Made by a program: the position numbers and the translations under genes. Shown here in pieces: positions 40,901-55,900 of a stretch of DNA of 64,000 nucleotides. The DNA is from Aplysia californica (Eukaryota). The stretch is from the NCBI RefSeq assembly GCF_000002075.1, contig NW_004797288.1, positions 2,514,524 through 2,578,523 on the forward strand. Reading direction: 5' to 3'. Every line of letters begins with the position of its first letter. Positions within the stretch are counted from its first letter, which is position 1. A model generated the notes under the pieces. The model ran no database searches and was not told the DNA's origin. It was given only the letters and a program-made list of their open reading frames with translations.

Positions 40901-43900
40901 TTTAAAGTTTACGGGAGAGTCAAAAAACTTAATGTTTCCCAGAAAACAAACCCTTTGCAAACATCTCAAATCAATATTTTTAGGAATACAATTTTGATAA
41001 TACCTTCCTTTAAAGCAAATGTTGTTTCCTTGGTAACAACATTCAGTCTATGGGCACTCATGTAAAACTAAAAACTGCATACCGTAATTTTTAAAATGAT
41101 TGCTGAGCTAGGGTTGTTGAGTTGTAGTTTACAATAAGTCAACATGATAACCACCAGTCTTTGTGGGGCGCAGTAGGAAAATAGAACTGAAAAGTAATAC
41201 GAGGAGCACAGGACACCTCCGTGTACATCAAAAGTCCCAAACTATTATTGCACAGGTCTAAAAATCACACAGAGTATATACAGACCTGAAGCTGAAGTAG
41301 TAGATGAGGGAACCACCGACGCCCAAGAGAGGAACAAACAGGTAGAAAAACTTGATAAAGAAGATGATAACCATCAGTAGATCCTGGTGGGAAAAAAATA
41401 TAAAAAAGGATCAAATGTTTATTTTTGAATAACAAAATACAGTTTACGAGTCATTTTTATCCTGAGCAGCAGGCATAGGGAACATAAATGTCATACAAAA
41501 ATAAATGATGATTAGTTTCAGTTTATAAACAAATTTAACAGCCTTCTTACCAAATATGCCTTCCTGCTGTAAATGAACTTAAACAGCATAATCTGGAAAT
41601 ACACCGGGAACAGCAGAGGTGGTCCCACTGAAACGAAAATACAAAGTAAAAATCATTGCCTTATCATGCTTCGAATGTATTATTTTTATTTTTTATTTTT
41701 AACATAAGTTAGAAAAGTCCTTACAGGGAATCAGACTTACTCTGCTCACCTCTCTAGCTTCAACAGCACAAAGTCAGCTTCAACTACCAAGGCATCCCGG
41801 AAATAGCGGGTCACAAGAGTGTGACAAACACACAAAAGAAATAGAGGGAAAATGACAATAACAAGGATTAGGAAAGAAAAAGCAGCAGTTCCCTGTTGCA
41901 GGTCAGGCACAGTTATGAGCATGACATTGATGAATCAGCTCATTTACAATTACAATTCTACTGTGCATAAGAACTCGAGATGTTAATGTCCCCCCCCCTT
42001 TGGGAATGGCCTAAAGACACTTCAGTCAGTAACACTGCCATACAGTATTTGCAACACAATAAGGTTATATAAGTGCCGAAGATTAGGGGTGTTACAAGAG
42101 AGCAATAAACACCAAAAAAAAGTAGGGCAGATAGATGTTTGACAGGAAAGAAGGAAATGTAGTATTTTAAGGAGGCGAAGCAAACTACGAACAATTGACC
42201 ATGAGATCAAAAAAAAGAAAATGGCGATGGATTGGACACACACACACACACACTAGAAGCAGATCTCCGGCTCTTCTTGGTGGCCTATACCCAATAACAG
42301 GGTGAAAGAATGCTGATCATCATGTTTCACATTACAGTGACAGACCAGCCACAGAAAGCCATTTGAACTAGCAGCAGTACTTCGTGCCTCTCAAAGAATA
42401 CTGCTCACCAAAAAATTTAGAAAACCTTTAGTATAAATTAACAACTGAAATAAACAAAATGGATTCTTTATTAAACAATTCTTATACGACCCTGCCTCCT
42501 ACAATCAGTTTACTCTGTCAGTAGGAAGGAATCATATTCAGTACATATTAAATCATCAGAGATACTGTCCTAAAAACAGTCAACTTGCCATTGCTATTGA
42601 AAAACGTTGATACTTTTTCAGTCTAATGCAAAATCATACTTATACTCACACAAGAAGAAATAGTAGTTCTGCCAGTTGTAGGGCATGCTCTTCTTCCTGT
42701 TCTTGGCAACCTCCACGGGCATATGCTCACCCACCACAAACAGAGCATCAAGACGCACATCAGGGTCCTTGTCCATCTGAAAAAGTTTTGTGGTTTTTTT
42801 TAAGTAAGAGTTTTACAGCACTTGCAACACAATAAGGCTGAAAATTAAAGGTGTTACAAGAAAGTAACAAACACAACAAAAAAAAAGGAGGAGAGATGAG
42901 GACGATAGATGTTTGATAGGAAAGAAGGAGCAAACTACACCACAGCACTTGCCAACCACCCACTCAGAAAGTGTGTCACAAAACAAAGCGTTTAGTTTTA
43001 GTTAAGAGTTTTACCGCACATGCAACACAGTTAGGTCATTTGATTGTTTGTTTGTTTGAGTAAAGGGAAGTTATCAAGACAATATAATGGTCATTTACCG
43101 TTGGGAAAAAGTAAGATAAATAAACAGACAGGGGAAAAGTAAAGAAGTGGGGGATGTACAAATGGTACCTCCCACCACCCGCGGTTTGGAAGATAAGAGG
43201 TGTTACAAGAGAGTAACAAACACAAAAACAAAGGGGGAGGAAAGATAAGGATGATAGATGTCTGAAAGGAAAGAAGGAGCAAACCACATCAGAGCACCCG
43301 CAAACCACCCACAAACAAAGTGCATGAGGTTAATTCAAAGACAAGTGACAAGCAGTATAATACAGCCAAACCTGTCAAGACGACCACCCATTGTCAAAGA
43401 GCAGTGGGCATCTAAGAGACTGGTCGTCTTGGATACTGTTTTAGTTTAGTTTTAGTAAGAGTTTTACGGCACTTGCAACACAATAAGGTCACATAAGTGC
43501 CGAAGATTAGAGGTGTTACAAGAGAGTAACAAAAACAAAAAAGAAGGAGGAGAGAAAAAGACGATAGATGTTTGATAGGAAAGAAGAAACAGCCTACACC
43601 AGAGCACCCGCCAACCACTCACTTGGATACTGTCATTATAACATAAAATTACACACATGGTGGTGTGGGAGGTGGTTGTTAGTGCCGACGATGATTGTCT
43701 TGGCAGGTGGTTGTAACAGTAGGTTCAACTGTATATAACTTATAACAAACTCATGAATTTACCAGACTCTGACATTTACACATTTAATTCTATTTCAACA
43801 AATTCACTCATTTTGGTAGTTACAGTACGCAATAGACATCAACCATATGTGTTATAAATAGAAGGAAATGGAATAAAGCCAGGGTGTTTTATAATCTATG

Positions 43901-46900
43901 TGTGAATTTTATGTAATGGCAAATCAGCATGATAACACTTTATTAATTCATATCAGGCAGAACGACACTCCACATCGCTTCCTTTACGCCCATCCGCCAG
44001 AACGACACACGGTGCGTCCTTTTCATCTCCCTTAATTTAATATACACATTTCCATTCAGTCCTCCACATGCACGTTTATAATACTGGTCAACTTAAAAAT
44101 AGACACGATACTTTTTTCCTTGGGAGAATTCGCAACTAGAAGGCACACCGTATTTCTCAAATTGTAACACATTGAATCACCGACAATTTCAGATCAAGAG
44201 TCCAGGTCGTTTTCCCACTAAGAACTGTTACTGAAATTCCTCTACAATACCCCTGCTTTTTCCATGCTTCCTTAATGTTGCCATTCATTAACTTTTTTGA
44301 ATGACAAACGAGATAGGTTTAAATCTGTAATTGTGATACAAAAATATACGCAAATTCTGAATGGCAGCACAGATTTCATTCTGGCTGTTCGGGAAAATCA
44401 GACTGATAAAAAGTTAAGGAACAGATTTGAACAACAGAAACACTGACGGCTATAAGAAAAGTACATTGGAGCAATGACAGTCATTTAGTGCAAAGAAAAA
44501 GCAAAATATTGATAGGTAACAATGAAAGTAGAGAGAGAAAAGAAGTAAAAAAGGGAAAGAAAATTGTAAAACATGTAACTTCTAAAACACAGACACTCCA
44601 AAATAACAAAACAATAAACACCCATGGCAACAGGTACGGCAGAGCTGGTGTTTTTAAGTTTTGGTAAAGAGTTTTACAGCACTTGCAACACAACAAGGTC
44701 AGAGAAGCGCTGAAGATTAAAGGTGTTAAAAGAGAGTAACAAACACACAAAAGAAGGAAGAGACAAGTTAGGACAATAGATGTTTGATAGGAAAGATGAA
44801 GCAAACCAAACCAGAACATCCGCTAACCACCCACTAAGTCAAGTTCACAGAGCTGGAGTGTCCAGCTCATTACAACTACTGACCACATTTGGCTTGGCGT
44901 GATGCTGGTAGTGCATGTGGTTCCACCAAGCTGGAGAGGCACCCTGGAAGGAAACAAAAGGACAGCCATCATACACAGGCCACAAGAAAGAAGTGCAAAC
45001 CATACATTTTTCACAGCTGACTCTGTCATATAATTTTAAAAAGTTTGCAACATTTTGCTTAACATTCTCAGATAAAATGATAGCAAATTATTTCCATTTC
45101 AGAACTTATTGCATTGATTAAAGACAATTTGGTTTTAAAAATGAAAAAAAAAGAGTCAAATGACTTAAAAAATCCAGCCAAAAAATAAATCTATAGAGTT
45201 GACAAGCATTTCATACAGGCATAAAAGATTTATCTTTTCAAAAATTATGATGTAAATCAAACTATGTGTAGTACTTTTGAACACAATTTAAATAATATCC
45301 AATTAAATTAAGGATGACAATGATGATGATGAGGTCCTAAATGATGACAATGAATATAGTGTCAATGTGAGTCATGTAATAGTGTGCAGGGGGGAACAAG
45401 TAGCAGTATAGTAAGGACCACAACAATAGGGATAGATAAAGGATGACCTTTCGATGTATACAGTCACTTGTCTCCCCAATAAATAAAACGAGGCACAGGC
45501 TTATTTCATGAATATGTGCTGTAAGTGTACAAAAGTTACACATATTAAAGTAGGCATTATAGACATAGGGGTCATGTAGCAAGGTACTAGCTCAGACTGG
45601 GAGAATATCAGGGACAGAAAGTGCAAACAGTTCATACCACTGCCTTTCCCTTTACTGTAAAAGCAACCCTGAATGTATACAAAAATGCATACGAACATGG
45701 AAGTCAGTGGCCTGTACCTATTTCTTTTACTAAAAATGGCTTTAAAATGGTCACAACTCATTGACAAACTCTTGTCTAGCACTTCCAGGTAAGTCCTGCC
45801 TCGTGTTTCATTTTGATACTACAGAGAAATACTGGTAGACACTGGCATATCATATGACGGACAAAATACCATCCATGACTACCCCCAAAATAAAAGAAGA
45901 GAAAATGGGTTTTTAAATAGAAAGGAGCTTATAGTAACCAATATTTATAGATAATGAACACACAAGATCAAGATGTGGGATTGACATTTAAGTAGAGAGA
46001 AAGATTATCAAAGATACAATGTATGGTTGAAATCAACAACTTGAAGTGGAATGAAGGATGAGACTTAAATAGTAAGTGACTCACACAGACAATATTGAGA
46101 TAACCACAACAAAAAAATCCCTGAGATCGATGTTTATATCTTTCTTATCTTTAAGATGGACGATGAGCACTGAAGAGGGTGGATATACAGAGCTATAGAT
46201 AGACCTCACGTTACCTCATAGACTGATGAGACCATAAGAAAGAGGTAGATGAACAGAGCCAGGTAAAGAAAATAGAGGTGGTAAAGAAAAAGGGTGTAGT
46301 GTCAGCAATTGTAGAAAGAAAGAATCTTGGGCAGCAGAGCAGAAAAACACCCAGAGGCTCACTACAAGACATGGACCTCTGATGTCAATAGTATTTGAGA
46401 GTGGGATGCAAATGAAAGTTGACCTTGCTTAATGACATCCGACTGAAAACGATATAACTTATTAAAATATTGACATCTGAAAGTGGCTGGGTGTATTTGT
46501 ACATATGAATCACTCTGACCTTTTCTGACACGAAATTTTGTTTGGTTTTGAGAATGTTCTTGAAAAATTAGTACAAAACCACTGTTTTCATGGGAAAACT
46601 AGGGGTGAGGCACCTACCAGAATTGACTTTTAGTGAATCTCAATACTGAACAAAAGGTGTTGACAAAAATTATCAAGTTGAATTTCTAAAATGTGCAGAA
46701 GAAGAGAAAAATGAAACAAATTGCAGGAGGGGGTGTTGTCCCTGGTAGTTGAAACCATACCAATTCGGTTTCAAACGAACATAGGCAGCATGCAATAACT
46801 CCAAGAGTGGAAGTGGAGCTTCCTTTCCCACCGGACAGTAAATGAAAATTTGAAAATGTACTCACTAAACACTGTTTGGGAAATATTTCACCTTAGTGTA

Positions 46901-49900
46901 GGTGAGGCAAGTGCCAACACCTAAGGTACCACCAACTAAAATGTATTAAATCTTACGGAAGTAAAACAGAAAACTACATAACTACAGGCCAAAAAAGTCG
47001 CCACCATCACTCCTCTTACCCCTGAGAACAAAATTACTGTCACTCTAGTCAAACGTGATTCACTCAGTAACTTCATAGGAGAGTCAAAGGCTATTCTTCA
47101 CTTCACGCAGAATCATGACTCTTCACAAATGATAACGTCATTAACAATTTGAAGTGGGTCCCTCTTTTGAGAAAGCTAAACATATGGTACGAGCACTCCT
47201 GAGATACTGGTTCCACTATCATCTACATCTATTTCAAAGCAGGATAAATTGTAGAAAAGCAGTTGAATAGCCAGCTGAAGTACAGTAAAAGAGGGAGAAA
47301 AATGCAATTTGTTTGAATTACTGCTTTTTACTCTACGACTTTTTGCATTACTGCGATTTGAAAAAGCATACATGCATGGGTTCAGTTAATGGGTAAATTC
47401 CAAGGAGAATCTTTGCAAGCGAAGTATAGGTGAAAGAAATTAAGCTAGTAGAGGTGAAGCAAAGTATTGTTAGTACAGATGATATATTAGGTAATTCTTT
47501 TTAGAATACAGAAACTAAATAAGCACACAAAATGAATAACCCTACGTAATACAACATGAAATGCATTCTGAACATTCGACTTGGGGAAAACCAACAAAAT
47601 CAAAGACAGAATCAAGGGAAACTTTCATGCTGTGCACAAATTTTACAATACTTTGGAGATAACTTGGTTTTAAAACATGCTAGGAGGGACGGTATGACAA
47701 TGGTACCATGGGCAAAGGGAGAAACCAACCACATGTAAGGAACCACCAGCCACTCCGTACACACAATTCAGCAGAATCCACCGAAACTCACACTAAATCA
47801 ACAACAATCTGTCCAATATCGACAAACAAGAAAAAAAAGAAGCAGGCACATTTTCCACTGGGTGAGAGAAACTACACAATTCAATCATGTCTCACTCAGC
47901 ATCAAGTCATACAAATGTCAGGGAACATCATCAGGGCTCAACATGTACATTTAAAATACAACTAGGACACATCTAGGACACATTCAGGACAAAACCAGGT
48001 CTTACTGAAAGAAACAAAAAGGACATGCCACCACCTCCCCCCTTTATGACTCTGCAAAGGGGCCAGAGACTATATCCAATTCCCCGGATACACACAAAGA
48101 AATGGAAAGTTTCTTTAGAACAAATTCCATGTAACATGAGCATGCATTACACCCACACCATACAACAAAAACTGGCTCTCAGGGTACAATCGGTGCTGCC
48201 TTCACTCAGTGGTCACCAGTTCCGGCATAACAAGAAACATATCCCAGTGAAATTCATAATATATCAGTCTGACCCTGTACAGAGTTAACATTAATCAACA
48301 ACTCAAGAAGAGGTCTCTGTATCAAGACCTCTTCCCAAAACCCAACTAGTAACTGAAAAAGAAAGTTCAACTGATCAAAGGGAAGAGTGCAGTTACCCTT
48401 AACTTAAAGTGGAGTGCGAGTGTTGAAGCTGACGATAACTCTCATGTCACGATACCTCTGCCATCTTTTTACATCCTGGAACATCCATACCCCCTACTCC
48501 ACCCATATTAATACCCACTTGCACTGGTAATATCAACTGAATAGGATACAACATTTATAAAATTACATTCGAGCTGGTAAAGAGTGATACCAAGAGGGAC
48601 CTCTTTGTTGCTGCAAGAAGAGTCAAACTGAGATACTCATTTTTCTAGCAACAAAAACTTTTTCTGTTCATCACAATTTACATTCCTTTGAATCAACTAC
48701 CATTTTTGTCACAATTCACAATATTCACACACTTAGGAAGGACACATACAAGGCGTCATACCAATAACGTCTTCAACAAAACCAATTTTAGGACCCACGC
48801 TGTTTTGACATAATCCCTACTTTTTACTTTGCATGACCCCCCCACCCCCCTCCGGTAATTAGTGAAAGTTTTATTTCTCAAGGTTTTCATGACCTGACCG
48901 TAGAAAGGCATAACGGTACATCCACACTAAATAAAGAACTTTGAGCTATAAAGTATATTAGGTGAAACTCAAGTTACTATACCAGATGTGATCATTAGGA
49001 CCCACCAATGCAAATGAAAACTCAATCCATCCTCTCCCAGGCCTAGCTAGAGATGCAGTTATAAATTTGAACAATACAACTCAGTAAAAAGTACATGAGC
49101 GACTAAAATAATTTTTAAAAATGAAGCAAGCCATTCAACCCAACATAAGAAAGAAGAATTTGGAGGTAGTTAGAGAACCAAAGCAATTCGTAATTTATGC
49201 TGGCTATCTACCTCCATCTGTCTGACTGAAAGCATCCGCAAGTTTGCAAACCAATATTGCTGGAGCTACCATATACATCATACGTAAAGTTCACATAATG
49301 TTCTTCTTTCATCATTAATTCATCTGCGTCTTGTTAACAATTTCATTCACAAAACAGTGTCAATTAGGTGATCTCTTGGAGAAAATTAAGTAAATTTAAA
49401 ACAAAATATCACTCAGAATTAAATAACAATGATACAAAAAGGTAGAAGTTTAATTCAACAAGAAATAAAATGCAGCAAACAAAACGTTAGAGCTTCAAGC
49501 GAGGTGGTTAAAAAATTGTAAATGATTAGCCTGGAAAAAAAAAACCAAAGCTCAAGATTACATATTCTAGCTGCAACTATGATTTTCTGTAAGGTACAAT
49601 CAAATATGCAGTGGATGCTTTCTACAGGCAGGACAGGTTTGCAGCCATCATCCGGAAAAGTGGAATAAGAAGGGGGAATACTACAAGAGAGTGACTGTCA
49701 TGCATCATTTTCAAGCAGAAAATAGAGAGATTGTGAGCCATGGTGGAGGAGGGTGTTCTCCAGTCAACAGTTTATAACATGTTGCTGCTCTGCTTAGCTC
49801 AATATACACTCAAATTGAATCAAGTCTCAGAGATCATAACTGTTGAAACATCCGCTAGGATTGAAAGATTAAAAAAATTTACTGCCTCAAACAGAAACAT

Positions 49901-52900
49901 CATTTAAGCGCCTTCACGCATCAGACAAATTACTAAAAATTTAAGTATAACAAAGTGCAGACCTTGGTGATCTACTTTAACATTAACAGGTAAATTTTAC
50001 ATCGACTGTCACTTACTGAGTTTCAAGAAAAGCTAAAAAAAACCTGACAAATAATCAGTGAAAGAGAAACAAGCCTAGGTCATGGGGATAAGTAGGGAAA
50101 TAAAGCTAGCTGTAAGCACAAATGAGCAAAGCCGAACAAAGATAAGGAATTGTTTAGGTGCTGATTGTAGCAGAGAAACCCTCCTCCACTCTCTTCAAAA
50201 ATGTTTTGCCGGGGCTCACATGCTCCCTCACCAGGCATCCAACCTTTCATTACCTTGATGAATCCGAGAGAAAAATAGTGAAGGGCATGATTCCATTTGG
50301 ATCGTTTGAATACGGACAAATGCCCGAAATCATGTTGTATGTAGCCCACTTGAGCCTGGTCAGGAAAGATATACAGAGCTACCTCAGATAAATCTTATAC
50401 ATTAAGTCTCAATCTGGCCACTGGGACATCGCAGAAAGCTGTCTTGTTGCTGGGGCAGGTCTGCTGAGACCTTGCTGTGCGATCTGTAACCTTGCACAGT
50501 ATGTGTTTAAAGAAGGTCTCCATGGTCTTGGATCTTAGAGCACAGCAGCACAATTAAGGGTTCATGAGTGCGTTCTGGACATGTGTACCACAAAAAATAA
50601 AAGCAAAAAAAACAAAAAAAAACCAAATGCAAAGATTCGTCAAAAAAGGAGAGAAAAAAAATCAGCGCCACGTCAAGAGCCACACCACGTCGGGAGAAAT
50701 GTTAAGCTTGGGTCGAGCTGAAACTTTTCACCAAAATAAGGGAGTGTTCATTGAAAACTCTCGTTGAAACAGACTTCAATTGTCCTTTCTTTATGTAAAC
50801 ATAAAATATTACAGAATGTCTCCAAGATAAAAACATTTCATCAAAACCTACTTTCCCTAACTTTTGTGGATCGCAGTAGTGAAGCTGCATTCAAATTGTA
50901 CTTTGGGTTGGTTTGAACTGAACTGATGCACTTCTACAGTCTAAAAAGAGGCCAAATTAGAAAAAAGAAAGTTTTACCTCAATCAACAACAATTATGAAC
51001 TTGACAATGAACAACATGTTCAACAATAGTCTCCATGATAAAAACCTTTCTTAAAAACCTACTTTCCCTAAGACTTTTGTGGATCGCAGTAGTGAAGCTG
51101 CATTCAAATTGTACTTATGGTCGTTTGAACTGAATTGATGCACTTCTACAATCTAAAAAGAGGCCAAATTAGAAAAAAAGAAAGCTGTACCTCAATCAAC
51201 AACAATTATGAATTTGACAATGAACACTCCCAGGCGTTAAATATATATATATATATATATACAATCCTGAAACTGATAGGGAAAAATACGAAATTGAATA
51301 ATTTGTGTAAATTGCATTAGTCAGAAGACTTCAGACACAGCAAAAAAGATTCTTCGCTGATATGAGGAAAAGGTCACAATTATGTTTGTAGAATCAAACT
51401 AGACCTAGTTTGAAAATTAGAAATGTTATAAAAATATAAAGAAAAAACAGTTTGTAGAGGCAATAATTTTTTCAGTCACAGTCAAAGAGGTCTTCAATAA
51501 AGATAAAAGACTGAACATCCCTGGTAAAAACACGCCCAAGTATGCATCATGACTGAATACACTGGCATCAAAATCTAGACAAAGAATCTGAAAAGGAAGA
51601 ATGCTGCTGCTTTTATTCATTTCAAGTCAAAAGTATACCAACCACTTTTGTTAGCACTAGAGTTTCCAACATGACATCTGTCACTTTTTTGCCATGGTAA
51701 CAGCAATAGTGTATCAATGTCAGCTGACCACATCAGGGTCCGCTGGCCCAGAAGCCGGATCCAGTGTAATTACGGGATGCGCTTTATCGATCGATATCTC
51801 CAGTGTCTTTCAGTAACAAGCTACGGGAAGTGGCAAGCCAACAGTTGACCCACTCGTTTTGTTTCGTTAAAAATTTGGTGAAATTATGTACGATACATCT
51901 TTAGCTGTAACAGACTAAGCCAGTCGCCCCCGCGATGTTATAGATGACTTTCATTACAAATTGGGCGCCAAAAAAAAATAAATCACATAACCCCAAGACA
52001 TTGCAGTTTCAAAAAGAATAAAAACTATTCTGACAAATTGGCTGCAGTTTTCTTTTTTCTGTGAGACCATTTCTTTCTTTCTTTTATTGAATTAAAAAAA
52101 TTATGATAGCTCTCATGGTCTTTTTGTGGTTAACAATTCAATTTATCCCAAAATGTCAGGCAGCAATGGTTGTTGGATGAAAAACAGCTCAGGCTCAAGT
52201 AAGTCAATAAAGCTGATTGATTTACCATCCCATTGAAAGTTCCGGACAAGGCATTTCCGCAGGACCAAACACCTTAAACCTGCACAATTACACCCAGCCA
52301 AGTAAACAACAATGGCAGCTATATTGGTAGAAAAACATAAGTGCGCCTGTCATAGAGCACAAGATATTGTAAAAGTTACATAGTATCTACACTGTTAGAA
52401 AAGACAGTCTCCTGCACCTAACAAAAAATACTAAAAGCTTCAACTTTTCAATGTTTAAAAAAACCTATTTGCCTGGCCTATACTACGCAGCAAGATATTC
52501 TCAGAAACATAACATTCAGCTCCATTAGTGACAATGTCTTTTTCGTATAATTAGTAGCAGACTTCCGAACAAGAGAGGTGGCGACGGGTCCTAAAACAAG
52601 CCCAGGTGGATGCACGCTTGCACATCAGACTAAACAAATTCAGAAGGGACAACACTACTGGGGGGCCCGTGTGAAGAAACAATGGCAACTGTATAGGGAG
52701 AAGGAACTCTACTGGGTTGGAATGGGGGGATGACTGGGTGTGTGCGAAAAAAAAAACGGTGGCGATTGTGAGAAGGACAACAGTCACAAAGAGGGGAGGC
52801 TCGGTGGATGAACATTTAACTTTGGCCTGGCAGGGCAATGAACACACATCACACAAGGAACAAACACACAACAGGTGTTTTGTACTGGGGAGTAAGGTAG

Positions 52901-55900
52901 GAAACAGACTATTGACAACCACATTCTGCAGTCAGATATGAACTGGAGTTGAGACTCTCTCTCTATCTCTCTTTCTCCCTCTCTCTATCTCTCTTTCTCT
53001 CTCTCTTTTTCTTCTCCCCTCCCCCCTTTCTTTCTCTCTCAAATCTTTTTGTACAAGTTACAAAGATAAAAATAAAAAGCAGCTCTCTTGAATATCAGCA
53101 GACTGAGAATGATCCTCACCAAAAGGTTGAAGGCGAAGGGAAATAAAATATGAATTACACCAATGGAAAAGGTACAACGTCAAAAAGAGTTCCATTAAAA
53201 AAGAGTTCCATTAAAAAAGAGTGACATTCCAATACTCAGATAGAAGTAAGTCCGGCCTTTCATGTCAATGTCAAAAGAATCTGACAGGAAACAAGAAAGA
53301 TGAAAGTAGATCTTCATCAGAGACAGAAATAATAGTGAGAGTATACAACGTGTCTAAACACACTATTTATTGAAAGACTAGCCACATTGGGTTTTATGAT
53401 TCAAGAGCCAAAATATATTGATTACTTGAAATGCATGTTCAGTTTCAGGGAAAAGAGCTTAATCTACCAGAAAATGGGACTCACTTGAAAACACCCTAAT
53501 TTCTTTCTAGATCTAGATCTAGAGCAATGCTGCCCAAAAAAAATTAGGTTTTCTTTTAAATCTCTAAAATGAAATCTTTTTTTCAAGGAACTCTATTTAT
53601 AACCTATTATGTCCTCAGTCAGGCAGAGCATTCTTACATCAATTTCAAAATGCTTTGTGTAAAAAGCCCATTTTTGAAAAAGCGCATTTTGAATGATACC
53701 AAAGGGAAATCCACCGGGACATCAATCTGTACCCAAGGACAACGCAGCTATTAGTGTTTAACAAGATGTCAGCTTGGCCATTAACCCTACCAATCCACTT
53801 TAAATTGCAAATGAAAAACATTTAGATAAGAATCAAGAATAAGGGACTGGATGGAAAGAGACTTGAGTGGCCTCCGCAAAGGAGCATAAGGTGAAGACAT
53901 TAACGAGGGTTATGGATAAAAGGAATGACGTTGGCGTGTACAGAGAGCCTTTAGTAAAACTGGAGGGGGGGGGGGGAGATATTAACCCCAGGCTAAGAGT
54001 CAACATAGAGAGTCTTTCTCTATAATACTGAGTCACAAAAGGCCCTCTTACCCAACTACTGGTAATTTAGCACTGCCTAATCTACTGCACTAATCAGTTG
54101 GAAAATCACTATTAATAGCTTCAAAACAGTCACAGCCTACTAGCAAAGTTGTAGCCAAGCCTGGAAGGCAATGCTTAATGACTCCCATGGTGTTCATAAC
54201 AAGTGGTCAAACAAATTAACTAGGTTGCTCATTATGCAAAGTGAAAGTATGCACACATCCATGCTTCATTGGGTTTTTTTCCTCATTAACCTCAAGCACT
54301 GTCATAAATTCAGTATATAAACATTATCCTATTTACCTCAAACCCATAAAGTACTTTTTAAGTCACAAACTGGTTAAAGCAAATTGCAGTTTATAATGAG
54401 CAATCCCATTAACCATCACACTATACCAGAAACAAATGAGAACAAAAATGACAAGGAGCAGAAGACTACATCAGAGCCCAAGCTAACCACCTGCAAAACA
54501 ACATTGACCCTAAACCCGATGTAAAAACACTTTTTTTTTAACAACACACTTTAATTCATGGCTGAAAAGGGGCTTTCTGTTTTTGCTGACAATAAAATCG
54601 TTTAGCCACAGAAGCGGTAACAGTCAAAACAAATTTTAAAGAGAAGTAATCCCTCTTTGAGATGAGAATGAATCCAATCATACAGAGACAATATGTCAAC
54701 TCCATCAGTTACATGGAAGAAATATTCAACAGAGGAGAAATATATATGCCAAGTTCATCATTATCTGGGCAGAAATATTCAAACACTGGAGAAATATAGA
54801 TTCAAAAGACTGAAAATATCAAATTAAAAGCTCAACTTCAGAGAAGATAAAAGAAAACTCTGCAGTCAGGACTCTTGTTACCATAGTAAATAGTGAAGAA
54901 AAAAAAACATTCTGAAACTCTCCTTGTACAAATCTACAGTCAAAGTGGCTGAGCCAAGCCTACAAAGGAATCCCTCCATCCTCGCAGTCAAGCAGAAAGA
55001 CCAACACTGTAGTTGAGAACAAGACAGACAACAAACCTTTCGTCAACCAGTCACCCTTCTCTATTTGCCAACTAAAATTTAAAAGTAACTACACCACAAC
55101 ACAATCTGTGCCGGACTGGTACAATCACAGGCAAAACTAGACTCATGTTGGCAGAAACAACGCTTCCTATCAGCAAAAACTGAAAGAAAAAAAAAAAACT
55201 CCCGAGACCTACTCGATGCACACAATTGTAAATCTGCACATCAATGACACTATATCAGACAGATTTAGTCCTGGAGGAGCACAACAACACTATGACAACC
55301 ACGGAACACTGGAAAGTAAAGGAGAAACAAAGTTTTAGGACGAGAAAGGGGACACAGTGGGCAACCAGCAATCATTCTCATGCATAGAAAGCATAAGAGA
55401 AAGACCGGTATAACTTTGAGAACATGGAGCTGAGCAGGAAGTGCAACTGAACAGGAAACACTGAAGACGTATTCTATATAAAGCATGTTCTCTGAAGAAA
55501 ACCTTAGCATTGTCAGAGCAAACCGTGTCATCTTCCGCAGTCAACAAATAAAAGGACTGTATCAATAACCAAGCAATATTTGTTACCTAGGCACACACAC
55601 TATATACATCATACCACTTAATACAGCTAATTCTTGCTTTGCAAAAAAAAACAAAAAAACATGCCAATGGCCTATGGAAAAAAAAAAAACTTTCTACTTC
55701 TGCCACATAGAAATCTTTTAAGAAAACCTTTTCTAGTAAATATTCGCCACTTGTCTTCCAAAAATAGGTGTCATTTTTCTATAAGAAAACAACCAGTTAA
55801 GACTGTAAATCAGGGAAGCAAATGCTTCAAAGTGAAAAGGCAAAAAAACCCCAAAATTTTCACAAATTTATACAGAAACAAATGTGATAAAGAGAGCAAT

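Noticed and set aside
45685-45794. + strand short ORF ending in a perfect CAG|gtaagt donor (nested antisense gene)
   Set aside because: No partner exons or homology found
46215-46361. - strand hydrophobic stretch ending in GAG|gtaacg, resembling a second TM exon (147 nt from a ttgtag acceptor)
   Set aside because: In-frame TGA codons and no FGTGW/LFKPS similarity; cannot be supported as an exon
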